This document shows, in pieces, positions 35,017-43,980 of a DNA stretch of 64,000 nucleotides (positions within the stretch are counted from its first letter, which is position 1; each line of letters opens with the position of its first letter). The stretch is from an uncultured Mycoplasmatota bacterium. GTDB lineage: Bacteria > Bacillota_I > Bacilli_A > RF39 > UBA660. Below the pieces are notes generated by a model. That model was not told where the DNA came from and made no database searches. It worked only from the letters and a program-made list of their open reading frames with translations. Location of the stretch: the NCBI GenBank assembly GCA_937944975.1, contig CALEBF010000012.1, positions 103,418 through 167,417 of the forward strand, in the 5' to 3' direction. The position numbers were made by a program, and so were the translations under genes.

Positions 35017-37971
35017 TTAATTTGATTCTTTTAAATCTTCAAGCTTTACACTAACTAACTTACTGACCCCAGATTCTTGCATTGTAATTCCATAGAGAAC
35101 ATCCGCGTACTCCATTGTCTTTTTCTTGTGTGTAATCAAAATAAATTGAGTTTTTTCCTTTAACGATTCAATGTACTTACCAAAACTATCTACATTCGCT
35201 TCATCTAGTGCTGCTTCAACTTCATCCAGAATACAGAAAGGAACTGGACGAGATTTTAAAATTGCAAATAACAAACTAATTGCCGTAAACGTCTTCTCTC
35301 CTCCAGAAAGAAGTGAGATGCTCGTAAGTTTCTTTCCTGGTGGACTAGCGACGATCTCGACACCTGTTTCTAAAATATGATCTTCATCAGTAAGACGTAA
35401 ATCCGCATTCCCTCCACGGAATAACTCCTTAAATGTCTCTGTAAAGTTTTTACGAACCGTTTCAAACGTCGCTACAAATTCTTTTTCCATTACTTGATCC
35501 ATCTCTTCGATAATCTCGAGTAAAGTATCTTCCGCCTTTTGTAGATCCTCTTTTTGATTCAATAGGAAATCGTAACGTACACTTACTCGTTCATACTCTT
35601 CGATCGCACCTAAATTGACCTCGCCTAGTTCTTTTAGTTTCGCTTTCAAACGACTTACTTTCATGCGGGCACTTTCGACATCGCTATCCAATTCGTAAAG
35701 TGTAATCGCTTTTTCATAGGTCATACCGTAATTTTCAGAAAGTGATGCGAGTAACGTATCCAACTTGACATCCGCACGATTCAACCCAATTTCTAAGTTT
35801 TTCAGTTCTTTACTCTTTTGTGTTAGAATGCTGTTTTCTTGCTTATAAGAGAATTCTATCTCCCCCAGTTGCTCTGTTACGTCAGCTTTTTCTTTCTTTA
35901 CTTGCTCTAAAGTTCTCTCGAGATCGTTCTTTTCTTGCTCTACTTGATAGTATCTCTTTAAAATCTGATCCTCTTCTTCACTGAGCAATTGATTTAAAAT
36001 GTTTCCGGTTCCTGTCTTCTCTGATTGTACTTGTTCTAATTTGACTTGTACTTCTTTTTGTTGAATTTGCTTTTGACGATAACCTTCTTCTTTTGTGACA
36101 ACCTCTTTTTGAATCAAATATAACTTGTCCTCTGCCGACTTCAAGGCATGATCGATCTCGTTCATCTTATTTTCTAATGTTTCGATCTCTTTTGTTAATG
36201 CTTCTTCTTCTTTTAACGCTTTTTCTAATTCGTATTTTTCACTAACGATGTTACTTGTCTTCTTTGCTTTTCCACCAGTGACAGATCCTCCTACATGGAT
36301 CAGTTCGCCATCTAGTGTCACTATTTTATAACGTCCCATCAACTTGCGAGATATTTCGTTTGCATGATCTAAATCGGTTGCAACGATCACGTTACCAAGT
36401 AAGTTTTTCATGATTCCATCGTACATCGGATGATACTTTATCAACGTTGATGCGATAGCGACAAACCCTGGCATTTGAGAGACACCGTTGAGAGCATTGG
36501 ACTCCATTTCTTTCGGCTTTATCACGTTGATTGGGAAAAAGGTTGCTCTTCCGAGTGTATTTTGCTTTAGATAGTTAATACACGTTTTAGCAACATTCTC
36601 ATTATCTACAACCAAATAATGACTTGCTCCTCCAAGGGAAGTCGAAATTGCTGTCGCATACTTTTCTTCTACTTCAAATAATTTACCGATAACATGGTGA
36701 ATTCCGGTTAATTTTGGATGATCTAAAATACTCTTAACTGCATATGGCAGTGAACTATTGTGTTCGATCGATGTGCGCAATTGATCAATCTGATGTGCTT
36801 TCATCGTCTGGCGTTTGAAAAGGTCGGAGAGTTGTGCCTGTAGTGTCTGTTTACGACTACGAATTTGTTCTAACTGACGTTCCGCGTTTTCTCTTTCATT
36901 TTGAAATTGTTCTAACTCTTTTTGCGATAACTCAATCTCACCAACTAGCGCATGTAAATCTGTTTGAAGCTTTAGTTCCTGTTCTTTTAATTGGACAATC
37001 GCATCGTGTAATTTTTGATCTTCCACTTCATACTTTTTACGCTCTAATAAAATTTGCTTTTGTCCATTGATTCTCTCTAACTCTGTCGTTTTTTCAATCC
37101 ACTCTTTTTGTACTTGATTCCATTTTTGTTCTAGTGCATCTAAGGATACTTTAAACTTTGTAATCTTCGCTTCACTCGTTCGACTATTAGAACCCATATT
37201 TAAGATTTCTTCATTAAGGGCATCTACTTTTGCTTTATTTAATTGATACGATGTATTCAAAGTGGTGATATCATGAGTCATTAATGCGATCTCTGTATTT
37301 TCTAACTTCCCTTTGACTTCTTTATAGAGAAGCGCTTTTTCACGCTGCTCTTTTAAAGGTTCTACTTGCTCTTTCAATTCTTCGATAATATCGTCGACAC
37401 GATTCATATTATCGTGTGTACGTTCTAGCTTGCGAAGAGCCTCTTCTTTTCTCTTTTTGTATTTGAGTACCCCTGCAGCTTCTTCAAAAATAATGCGTCG
37501 TTCACTTGGCTTATTGCTGATAATTTCTTCGATCTTTCCCTGCGAAATAATATTAAAGCTCTCTTTGGCGATTCCCGTATCTAATAAGATATCCGTGATA
37601 TCTTTCAATCTACAACGTTCTCCGTTGAGTAGATACTCGTTTGTTCCATCTTTATAAACTCGTCTTTGAATAGAAACTTCGGTATAATCGACATTTAAAT
37701 ATCGATCACTATTATCGAAGACGAGTGTAACGCTTGCAACGTTTTGTGCATTTCTCGATTTGCTACCGGAAAAAATAACGTCGCTCATGTTCCCATCTCC
37801 ACGCAGGGACTTGACAGACTGTTCTCCAAGTACCCATCGAACAGCATCTACGACATTGCTCTTTCCACTTCCATTCGGACCGACGATTCCAGAGATTCCT
37901 GTTCCTAGTTCGATATTTATCTTATCCGCAAACGACTTAAATCCATGTGCCTTAATTTCCTTTAAATACAT
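35017..37971 (-). CDS. smc: chromosome segregation protein SMC (compact 984-aa form)
   Basis: N-terminal Walker A GPNGSGKSNVVDA, long coiled coils with central hinge, C-terminal LSGGEKTFTAISLLFAI signature and Walker B LDEVEAALD. Confidence 0.9.
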   Translation of the reverse strand: MYLKEIKAHGFKSFADKINIELGTGISGIVGPNGSGKSNVVDAVRWVLGEQSVKSLRGDGNMSDVIFSGSKSRNAQNVASVTLVFDNSDRYLNVDYTEVSIQRRVYKDGTNEYLLNGERCRLKDITDILLDTGIAKESFNIISQGKIEEIISNKPSERRIIFEEAAGVLKYKKRKEEALRKLERTHDNMNRVDDIIEELKEQVEPLKEQREKALLYKEVKGKLENTEIALMTHDITTLNTSYQLNKAKVDALNEEILNMGSNSRTSEAKITKFKVSLDALEQKWNQVQKEWIEKTTELERINGQKQILLERKKYEVEDQKLHDAIVQLKEQELKLQTDLHALVGEIELSQKELEQFQNERENAERQLEQIRSRKQTLQAQLSDLFKRQTMKAHQIDQLRTSIEHNSSLPYAVKSILDHPKLTGIHHVIGKLFEVEEKYATAISTSLGGASHYLVVDNENVAKTCINYLKQNTLGRATFFPINVIKPKEMESNALNGVSQMPGFVAIASTLIKYHPMYDGIMKNLLGNVIVATDLDHANEISRKLMGRYKIVTLDGELIHVGGSVTGGKAKKTSNIVSEKYELEKALKEEEALTKEIETLENKMNEIDHALKSAEDKLYLIQKEVVTKEEGYRQKQIQQKEVQVKLEQVQSEKTGTGNILNQLLSEEEDQILKRYYQVEQEKNDLERTLEQVKKEKADVTEQLGEIEFSYKQENSILTQKSKELKNLEIGLNRADVKLDTLLASLSENYGMTYEKAITLYELDSDVESARMKVSRLKAKLKELGEVNLGAIEEYERVSVRYDFLLNQKEDLQKAEDTLLEIIEEMDQVMEKEFVATFETVRKNFTETFKELFRGGNADLRLTDEDHILETGVEIVASPPGKKLTSISLLSGGEKTFTAISLLFAILKSRPVPFCILDEVEAALDEANVDSFGKYIESLKEKTQFILITHKKKTMEYADVLYGITMQESGVSKLVSVKLEDLKESN

Positions 37972-38032
37972 CCTATCACCTATTTCAACTCTTTTATTAT
38001 ACTATAAATCGACAAAAAAAGGAATCAATCCT

Positions 38033-38566
38033 TTAATGTACAAGATAATCACTTAAATAATCGATCCCATTCATCACTGTGTCTTTGATGTAATATCCGA
38101 TTTCTTTAATACGATGATTTTTAGCATCTTTTACTTCTACGATATAAAGATAAGCTTGACCGTATTTTTCTTGTTTTGTACTAACTTGATATCGTTTGTA
38201 TTTTTCTTGAATGTTTTCTAATATATCTAGATCATCCCCGTAAAAATAGATCGTCCCTTTCGTAATATAGATGCTATCTTTTACAAACGTTTTTGCATAA
38301 AGCGCTATTTCTTCAGTCGCACATATAATCGTGTCAATTCTCTTCTTTTTAAATTTTTTACGAAGTTTTCGAATGTTTAATTTCTTTATGCCTCTTCCCT
38401 TTTCTTTGTTCAGTTCCCCAGTTTGATCGTTTAAAAGGGTGCATTCTGTAATTCTATTATTTTCTTCTATTTTATCTAAAAGCTTAGGTTCAGAAAGACC
38501 GATTCCAATCAAGTTTCCCTCTAGTTTTTTCATGATATTACATAGTTCTCGCTCTACTTTTTTCAT
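38033..38566 (-). CDS. hypothetical protein
   Basis: 177-aa ORF, 4-nt overlap with upstream tcdA; no recognisable motifs. Confidence 0.4.
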   Translation of the reverse strand: MKKVERELCNIMKKLEGNLIGIGLSEPKLLDKIEENNRITECTLLNDQTGELNKEKGRGIKKLNIRKLRKKFKKKRIDTIICATEEIALYAKTFVKDSIYITKGTIYFYGDDLDILENIQEKYKRYQVSTKQEKYGQAYLYIVEVKDAKNHRIKEIGYYIKDTVMNGIDYLSDYLVH

Positions 38567-39258
38567 ATATTCTCCTCACAACTTAATCGATCGTTCACAA
38601 CGTAACTTGCACAGTATAGCCCTGCGACACTCGGTACAAATGCAGTTGATCCAATCACTTTCGTCTCATTGGGACGTGGAAGTTCTTTGCTGCAAACGAC
38701 GACGACATCATCGCTTAATCCGCGCTCTCTGATCTTTTTCCTCATCACGCGAGCGAGAGGATCGTTCTGTGTCCGCTTTAACTCCATAATTTCTACTTTG
38801 GTCGCATTTAATTTATTTCCTGTTCCCATACACGAGATTAACTTAATATGATGCGTTTGCGCATACTCGATTAAAGCAAGTTTGGCATCTACGGTATCAC
38901 AGGCATCTACGATATAGTCAATTCCATATGGAAAAAGTAAGTCTTCCACTGTCTCAGACGTTAAAAATTCTTGCATTCCAACGACTTCACATTCTGGATT
39001 GATGTCTTTGATTCTCTCTTTCCATACCTCGACTTTTGCTCTCCCTATATTGGAATGAAGCGCCATCAATTGACGATTCAGATTCGTGATGTCGATCGTG
39101 TCATGATCGATTAAAATCAGTCTTCCAACGCCACTTCGACACAATGCTTCTGTCGCATAGCTACCTACTCCACCTAGCCCAACGACGAGAACTGTCAAGT
39201 TTTTAATCTTGTCTATTTTTTCACCGATCAACAATTCAAATCGACTGAATTGATTCAT
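38563..39258 (-). CDS. tcdA: tRNA threonylcarbamoyladenosine dehydratase TcdA (ThiF/MoeB E1-like)
   Basis: Rossmann VVGLGGVGSYATEALCRSGVG..LIDHDTIDITNLNRQ. Confidence 0.8.
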   Translation of the reverse strand: MNQFSRFELLIGEKIDKIKNLTVLVVGLGGVGSYATEALCRSGVGRLILIDHDTIDITNLNRQLMALHSNIGRAKVEVWKERIKDINPECEVVGMQEFLTSETVEDLLFPYGIDYIVDACDTVDAKLALIEYAQTHHIKLISCMGTGNKLNATKVEIMELKRTQNDPLARVMRKKIRERGLSDDVVVVCSKELPRPNETKVIGSTAFVPSVAGLYCASYVVNDRLSCEENI

Positions 39259-39285
39259 TTTCTCACCTCATTCACACATTCCTTT

Positions 39286-39693
39286 TTACATGACAAAAGG
39301 AATACTAGATACATAGTAATATTTTTTCTTTTGAAATAATTGAATCAAGTCTAGTAAAATACCGATTCCAAAAAATCCAAAAGTAAAGGCATATAAAATT
39401 CCCATAAAATATTTACCTTCGTAAAATTTATGACCTCCAAGCCATCCTAGTAATAAACAAAGAGGAATGCTAATCCATTTACAATATGGACCACGAATGA
39501 TTCCGTAATTGACAAATGGACGCTTTTCGTCGCTGTCGAGAGGTCTATTTTGCTCGAATGTCTCTTCCTCTTGATACCTCTCTTCGTATGGTCTCACTGA
39601 CTCTTTTTGTTCTAACGTATATCCACAATGCTTACAAATCGTACTACCAGGTCGAATCGTTCCTGCACAGTTAGGACAAATATTTTTCTTCAA
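39286..39693 (-). CDS. TM2 domain protein with N-terminal zinc ribbon
   Basis: CPNCAG...CKHCG zinc ribbon; C-terminal WLGGHKFYEGKYFMGILYAFTFGFFGIGILLD TM2 signature. Confidence 0.65.
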   Translation of the reverse strand: MKKNICPNCAGTIRPGSTICKHCGYTLEQKESVRPYEERYQEEETFEQNRPLDSDEKRPFVNYGIIRGPYCKWISIPLCLLLGWLGGHKFYEGKYFMGILYAFTFGFFGIGILLDLIQLFQKKKYYYVSSIPFVM

Positions 39694-39809
39694 ACTGATT
39701 CCTCCTTATCATTCTTATTTGTATGCCTTTTATTATACCATGTTTTACGACAAAAGGAAAGACACGTACGTGTCTTTCCAACTTGATTTTCATGCCTTTT
39801 TCAAAAAAG

Positions 39810-40973
39810 TTAAAGCGTTTTTAACGCTTCCTTGATCGCGTCCACTTTGTCAGTTTGTTCCCATGGTAACGAACTTGCATTCCATCCAAAGTGTCCATAA
39901 TTAGATAGTGTTTGGAATTCTACTTTGTCTAAAGAAAGTGCTTCTATCATCTGTGACGGTCTAAAATCAAACACGGTTTCAATGACGTGAAGAAGCGTCT
40001 CTTCTGGATATCGTGCAGTATCGAACGTGTCGATCGAAATCGAGATTGGATTTGCCACTCCAATCGCATAACTTACGGAAACTTCACATTTACGACAACA
40101 ATTTGCAGCAACTAAATTCTTTGCAACATATCTCGTATAATAAGTGGCTGTACGGTCTACCTTGGTCGCATCTTTTCCACTAAAAGCACCTCCACCGTGA
40201 TGGCCAATTCCACCATAAGTATCAGCGATAATCTTTCTTCCCGTTAAACCACTATCCGCAGCAGGTCCACCTAGGACAAAGCGTCCTGTCGGATTGACTA
40301 AAATCTGAATTGAAGCACTGTCCCATCTTGCTTCTAATACTGGATCGATGACGTGTGTTAGTAAGTCTTTACGCAGTTGTGCTAGTTCAATATTCGGCTC
40401 ATGCTGTGTCGATATCAATATCGTTTGAATGCGTACAGGCTCCTCTCCATCGTATTCCATCGTTACCTGTGTTTTTCCATCTGGTCTTAAATATGGAATC
40501 AATTGTTCCTTTCGTACTACTTCTAAACGGTGCGCTAGTTTCGTTGCAAGTTCGTATGGATATGGCATTTTATTTTCCGTATCGGAACAAGCGTATCCAT
40601 ACATCATTCCTTGATCACCAGCACCCAATTGTCCAACGACATCTCGTGCTTGGTCGACTCCCATCGAAATATCCTCAGACTGCGTACGAATGTCTATATC
40701 GATTGGAATCGTATTTCCATTAAATTCTAAAGTATCATGATCATAGCCGATTTCACAGATCGTTTTTCTGATGAGTGGTTCTATTTCTATTTTTGCCTTA
40801 GAACGAACTTCTCCCATGACAAATACGCGACGATAACTCATCGATACCTCGATTGCCACATGACTCTCTGGATCTTCTTTCTTATATGCATCTAAAATGG
40901 CATCTGCAACTTGATCACACACTTTATCAGGATGCCCACAAGTGACAGACTCACATGTTACTAATCTCTTCAT
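39810..40973 (-). CDS. metK: S-adenosylmethionine synthetase
   Basis: GHPDKVCDQVADAILDA, GAGDQGMMYGYA, GGGAFSGKDATKVDRT motifs; GGAGGA RBS. Confidence 0.95.
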   Translation of the reverse strand: MKRLVTCESVTCGHPDKVCDQVADAILDAYKKEDPESHVAIEVSMSYRRVFVMGEVRSKAKIEIEPLIRKTICEIGYDHDTLEFNGNTIPIDIDIRTQSEDISMGVDQARDVVGQLGAGDQGMMYGYACSDTENKMPYPYELATKLAHRLEVVRKEQLIPYLRPDGKTQVTMEYDGEEPVRIQTILISTQHEPNIELAQLRKDLLTHVIDPVLEARWDSASIQILVNPTGRFVLGGPAADSGLTGRKIIADTYGGIGHHGGGAFSGKDATKVDRTATYYTRYVAKNLVAANCCRKCEVSVSYAIGVANPISISIDTFDTARYPEETLLHVIETVFDFRPSQMIEALSLDKVEFQTLSNYGHFGWNASSLPWEQTDKVDAIKEALKTL

Positions 40974-40985
40974 TTTTATCCTCCA

Positions 40986-41113
40986 CTAAAAAACTCCCTA
41001 GAAAGACTAAGGAGCACTCCTCATCTTTCGGTTTCCCGTAGGTTAGCACCACACACTATGGTAGGTTGCTGGGTTTCACAGGGCCTATCCCTCCACCACT
41101 CTTGATAAGGTTA
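40986..41113 (-). ncRNA. SAM-I (S-box) riboswitch with intrinsic terminator expression platform, in metK leader
   Basis: Minus-strand RNA AACCUUAUCAAGAGUGGUGGAGGGAUAGGCCCUGUGAAACCCAGCAACC...GGUGCUAACCUACGGGAAACCGAAAGAUGAGGA matches SAM-I consensus (CUUAUCAAGAG...GAAAGAUGAG, GGUGCUAA); then CUCCUUAG-ucuuu-CUAGGGAG + UUUUUU terminator 12 nt before metK RBS. Confidence 0.85.
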
Positions 41114-41348
41114 CATACAATATAAATGCTAGAAGGACAGTTAACGATAAAACCCAGTCTCCCAGGTGGGCATCACATGAAACACATTAGGATCCTTGCT
41201 CACAAGGGCAAGTTTTCAACACCGTATTTCAATTAGATTCCCAATCGTTATATTTTAGAGTTTTTTCTTAATCTTTATCCCTCTAGCATTTTCATTATAT
41301 CACAATTATATGTGAAAAGATAGTGGTTATGTAGTTTTTTTGCCTAAA

Positions 41349-42203
41349 TTATTTTTCTTGTTTTTCTTTCTCATAGTATTCTAAAAAACTATGTTTTTCT
41401 CCATTCCAACGATACCCTAAGATCGTATTTATGTTTACGTTTTCACTCGATTTAAAAATATGGATATCCGCATCCTCGTATAAGTCTACCAATTCTCTTA
41501 CAAGTCTTTTCATTTCTTCTCTTTTCCCACTACCTTTTTTCGTAACAGAACATGCGCAATCGATAAACGAAAGTTCATTATAACGAACCCATGCTTCTAT
41601 ATCTTTTTCCTTGATGTAGTAAAGAGGACGAATGAGTTCCATTCCTTCAAAGTTGTCGCTATGAAGTTTCGGCAACATAGAAGAATATTGACCAGTATAG
41701 ATCATGTTTAAAAGAATCGTTTCGATCACATCGTTAAAATGATGTCCTAAAGCAATTTTGTTACAACCTAATTCTTTTGCTTTCGCATACAAATTTCCTC
41801 TTCTCATGCGGGCACATAAATAACACGGTGTATTATTGTAACCAACGCTTGTCTTTTCTGCGACCTTAAAAATATCAGCACGAAAAATCTCAGCATCGAT
41901 ATGAAGTTTCTTCAAGTTTTCTTCTACTTTCTTTCGATTCTCCTCCTGATACCCTGGATCCATCACGATATAACTCACATCAAAGTCGAATTGTCCATGA
42001 CGTTTTAACTCCTCCATACATTTCGCAAGTAACATAGAATCTTTCCCACCACTAATGCATACAGCAATGTGATCATTCGGCTGTATCAAATCATAATCTT
42101 TAATGCCTCTCACAAACTTACTCCATAACTTACGACGATATTTTTTTATAATACTTTTTTCTATTTTGCGATATTCTTCCATAACGACCTCCTCATTTAT
42201 CAT
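41349..42203 (-). CDS. ttcA: tRNA 2-thiocytidine biosynthesis protein TtcA (PP-loop ATPase)
   Basis: SGGKDS PP-loop, CxxC pairs (CYLCARM, CACS) typical of TtcA Fe-S ligands. Confidence 0.75.
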   Translation of the reverse strand: MINEEVVMEEYRKIEKSIIKKYRRKLWSKFVRGIKDYDLIQPNDHIAVCISGGKDSMLLAKCMEELKRHGQFDFDVSYIVMDPGYQEENRKKVEENLKKLHIDAEIFRADIFKVAEKTSVGYNNTPCYLCARMRRGNLYAKAKELGCNKIALGHHFNDVIETILLNMIYTGQYSSMLPKLHSDNFEGMELIRPLYYIKEKDIEAWVRYNELSFIDCACSVTKKGSGKREEMKRLVRELVDLYEDADIHIFKSSENVNINTILGYRWNGEKHSFLEYYEKEKQEK

Positions 42204-42231
42204 ATCATAAAAAAAGAGATTATCTCAATCT

Positions 42232-43056
42232 CTATAATACGAATAACGTCCATAAAATAACGATAATTCCCATAGCAACACGATACCACATAAAAATTTT
42301 GAAATCGTGTTTTTTAATATATTTCATTAAAAATTCGATACATAAAAGTCCCGTAATAAATGCTACTAAGATACCAATTGCAAAAATTCCTACATTAGAT
42401 GCAATCAGCGTCACTGTGTTATCTTTGAGCAGGGTTAAGAAAGAGGCGCCAAAGATAACTGGAGCGGATAGATAGAATGAAAATTTTGCTGCATCCTCAC
42501 GATTCAACTTCATTGCGCGTGCTGCAGAAATCGTCGTTCCACTTCTCGAGAAACCTGGAATTAAAGCAAATACTTGAGCACATCCGATTACGAGAGCATC
42601 CGTCCATTTCATGTCCTCAAATGATTTTTTCTGCTTAAAATAGACATCTGCTAGATAGATGATAATTCCCATAAAAATAAGAGCACAAGCGATCAAAATA
42701 AAGTTTCCTCGAAGCAGTTCTTCAATCGTCTCTTCAAATAAAACACCAAAAATAGCCGCTGGAATCGTCGCGATTAAGATAAACCACATCAATTTCCCAT
42801 CTGTCGATTTTGGCTTTGTAAACCCACTGATTAAAATCTTCCAGAAATCTTTAAAAAAATAAATCAAAATGGCAAGTAACGTTCCTAAATGTAATGCGAT
42901 ATCAAACGTCATTGAAATATTACTTCCAATTTCACTTCCAATTCCAAAAACATCTCTAAAAATAATAAGATGAGCCGAAGAAGAAATCGGTAAAAATTCT
43001 GCGATCCCTTGTACGATTCCTAAAATAATCACTTCTATCCAAAGCATGTTATTCAT
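42232..43056 (-). CDS. uppP: undecaprenyl-diphosphate phosphatase UppP/BacA
   Basis: Conserved SSSAHL and PGFSRSGTTISAARA motifs, 8-TM profile. Confidence 0.85.
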   Translation of the reverse strand: MNNMLWIEVIILGIVQGIAEFLPISSSAHLIIFRDVFGIGSEIGSNISMTFDIALHLGTLLAILIYFFKDFWKILISGFTKPKSTDGKLMWFILIATIPAAIFGVLFEETIEELLRGNFILIACALIFMGIIIYLADVYFKQKKSFEDMKWTDALVIGCAQVFALIPGFSRSGTTISAARAMKLNREDAAKFSFYLSAPVIFGASFLTLLKDNTVTLIASNVGIFAIGILVAFITGLLCIEFLMKYIKKHDFKIFMWYRVAMGIIVILWTLFVL

Positions 43057-43924
43057 CTCCTAACTTATAGGCAATGACTCCACCAATTGCCATAAAAATA
43101 ATTCCTATTAAAACTTGTGGTATAGAAAATACTAAAGTTTCTACCTCATTATAAGTAGAAATTGGAATAGCGAGGATACTTGCAAAAATGAATCCTAATA
43201 CTCCATAATATGTCTTTGATTCAAACTTTTTCAGTAAAAATTCGATGATTTTAGAAATGAGCACAATTCCTACTAACACACCGACACCAAAGACGCCTGC
43301 AATCACAATATTTTCTCCTAAATTTTCAAACTTGGTAAGAGCCTTCACAATCTTTAGAATTGGATAGTAATATCCGAGTAACATCAATACTAAAGAACCA
43401 CTTACTCCTGGGATTACCATCGTTGCAGCAGCAATCACTCCGACGCAAAATAGAATCAGGTATCCCCAAAGATCTAGTCCATTCAAATTCACTTTTGCGG
43501 TTGTTCCAAATAATTGGTCTGCAAATGCCATCACGATAACGAGCGAAAAAGTCATGAGAAGAATGATCCAACTAGAGATTTCTTTTCCCTCCTTCTTCCC
43601 TTTGACTTTGCGATATAACATCGGAATACCTCCAATTACGAGCCCCACGAAAAATAGTGTCGTCGGAATTGGAAAATGCTCGTACGAGTAATCGATCACG
43701 CGACTCATCGATAAAATAGCAAGGCAAAGTCCAATCGCGATTGGTAATAAGAACTTAATATTTTCTTTTAAGTTAGAGAAAAAGTGACTGATTGCTCCAA
43801 TAAAACGTTCGTAAATTCCGAGTGTTAAAGCAAGTGTACCACCACTGACTCCTGGAATAATGTTAGCGATTCCCATGATAAAACCTTTTACTCCAAGAAT
43901 GATATTTTCCTTTATTTTCTTCAT
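43049..43924 (-). CDS. DUF368-like membrane protein (candidate undecaprenyl-phosphate translocase family)
   Basis: Internal duplication with IPGVSGGT / IPGVSGS motifs, ~8 TM; 8-nt overlap with uppP start. Confidence 0.5.
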   Translation of the reverse strand: MKKIKENIILGVKGFIMGIANIIPGVSGGTLALTLGIYERFIGAISHFFSNLKENIKFLLPIAIGLCLAILSMSRVIDYSYEHFPIPTTLFFVGLVIGGIPMLYRKVKGKKEGKEISSWIILLMTFSLVIVMAFADQLFGTTAKVNLNGLDLWGYLILFCVGVIAAATMVIPGVSGSLVLMLLGYYYPILKIVKALTKFENLGENIVIAGVFGVGVLVGIVLISKIIEFLLKKFESKTYYGVLGFIFASILAIPISTYNEVETLVFSIPQVLIGIIFMAIGGVIAYKLGDE

Positions 43925-43980
43925 GTACTCACTCCTTTTATTTTGACTTATCCATTATACCATATTTTACTTCTTTTGTT

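Noticed and set aside
41115-41348. Possible second structured RNA between ttcA and the SAM riboswitch (CTTGC...GCAAG and CCCAG/CTGGG elements)
   Set aside because: Only short 5-bp stems are present, with no recognisable riboswitch or leader consensus. This is most likely the ttcA 3' UTR plus the metK promoter region (TGATATAAT extended -10 near 41294-41302).
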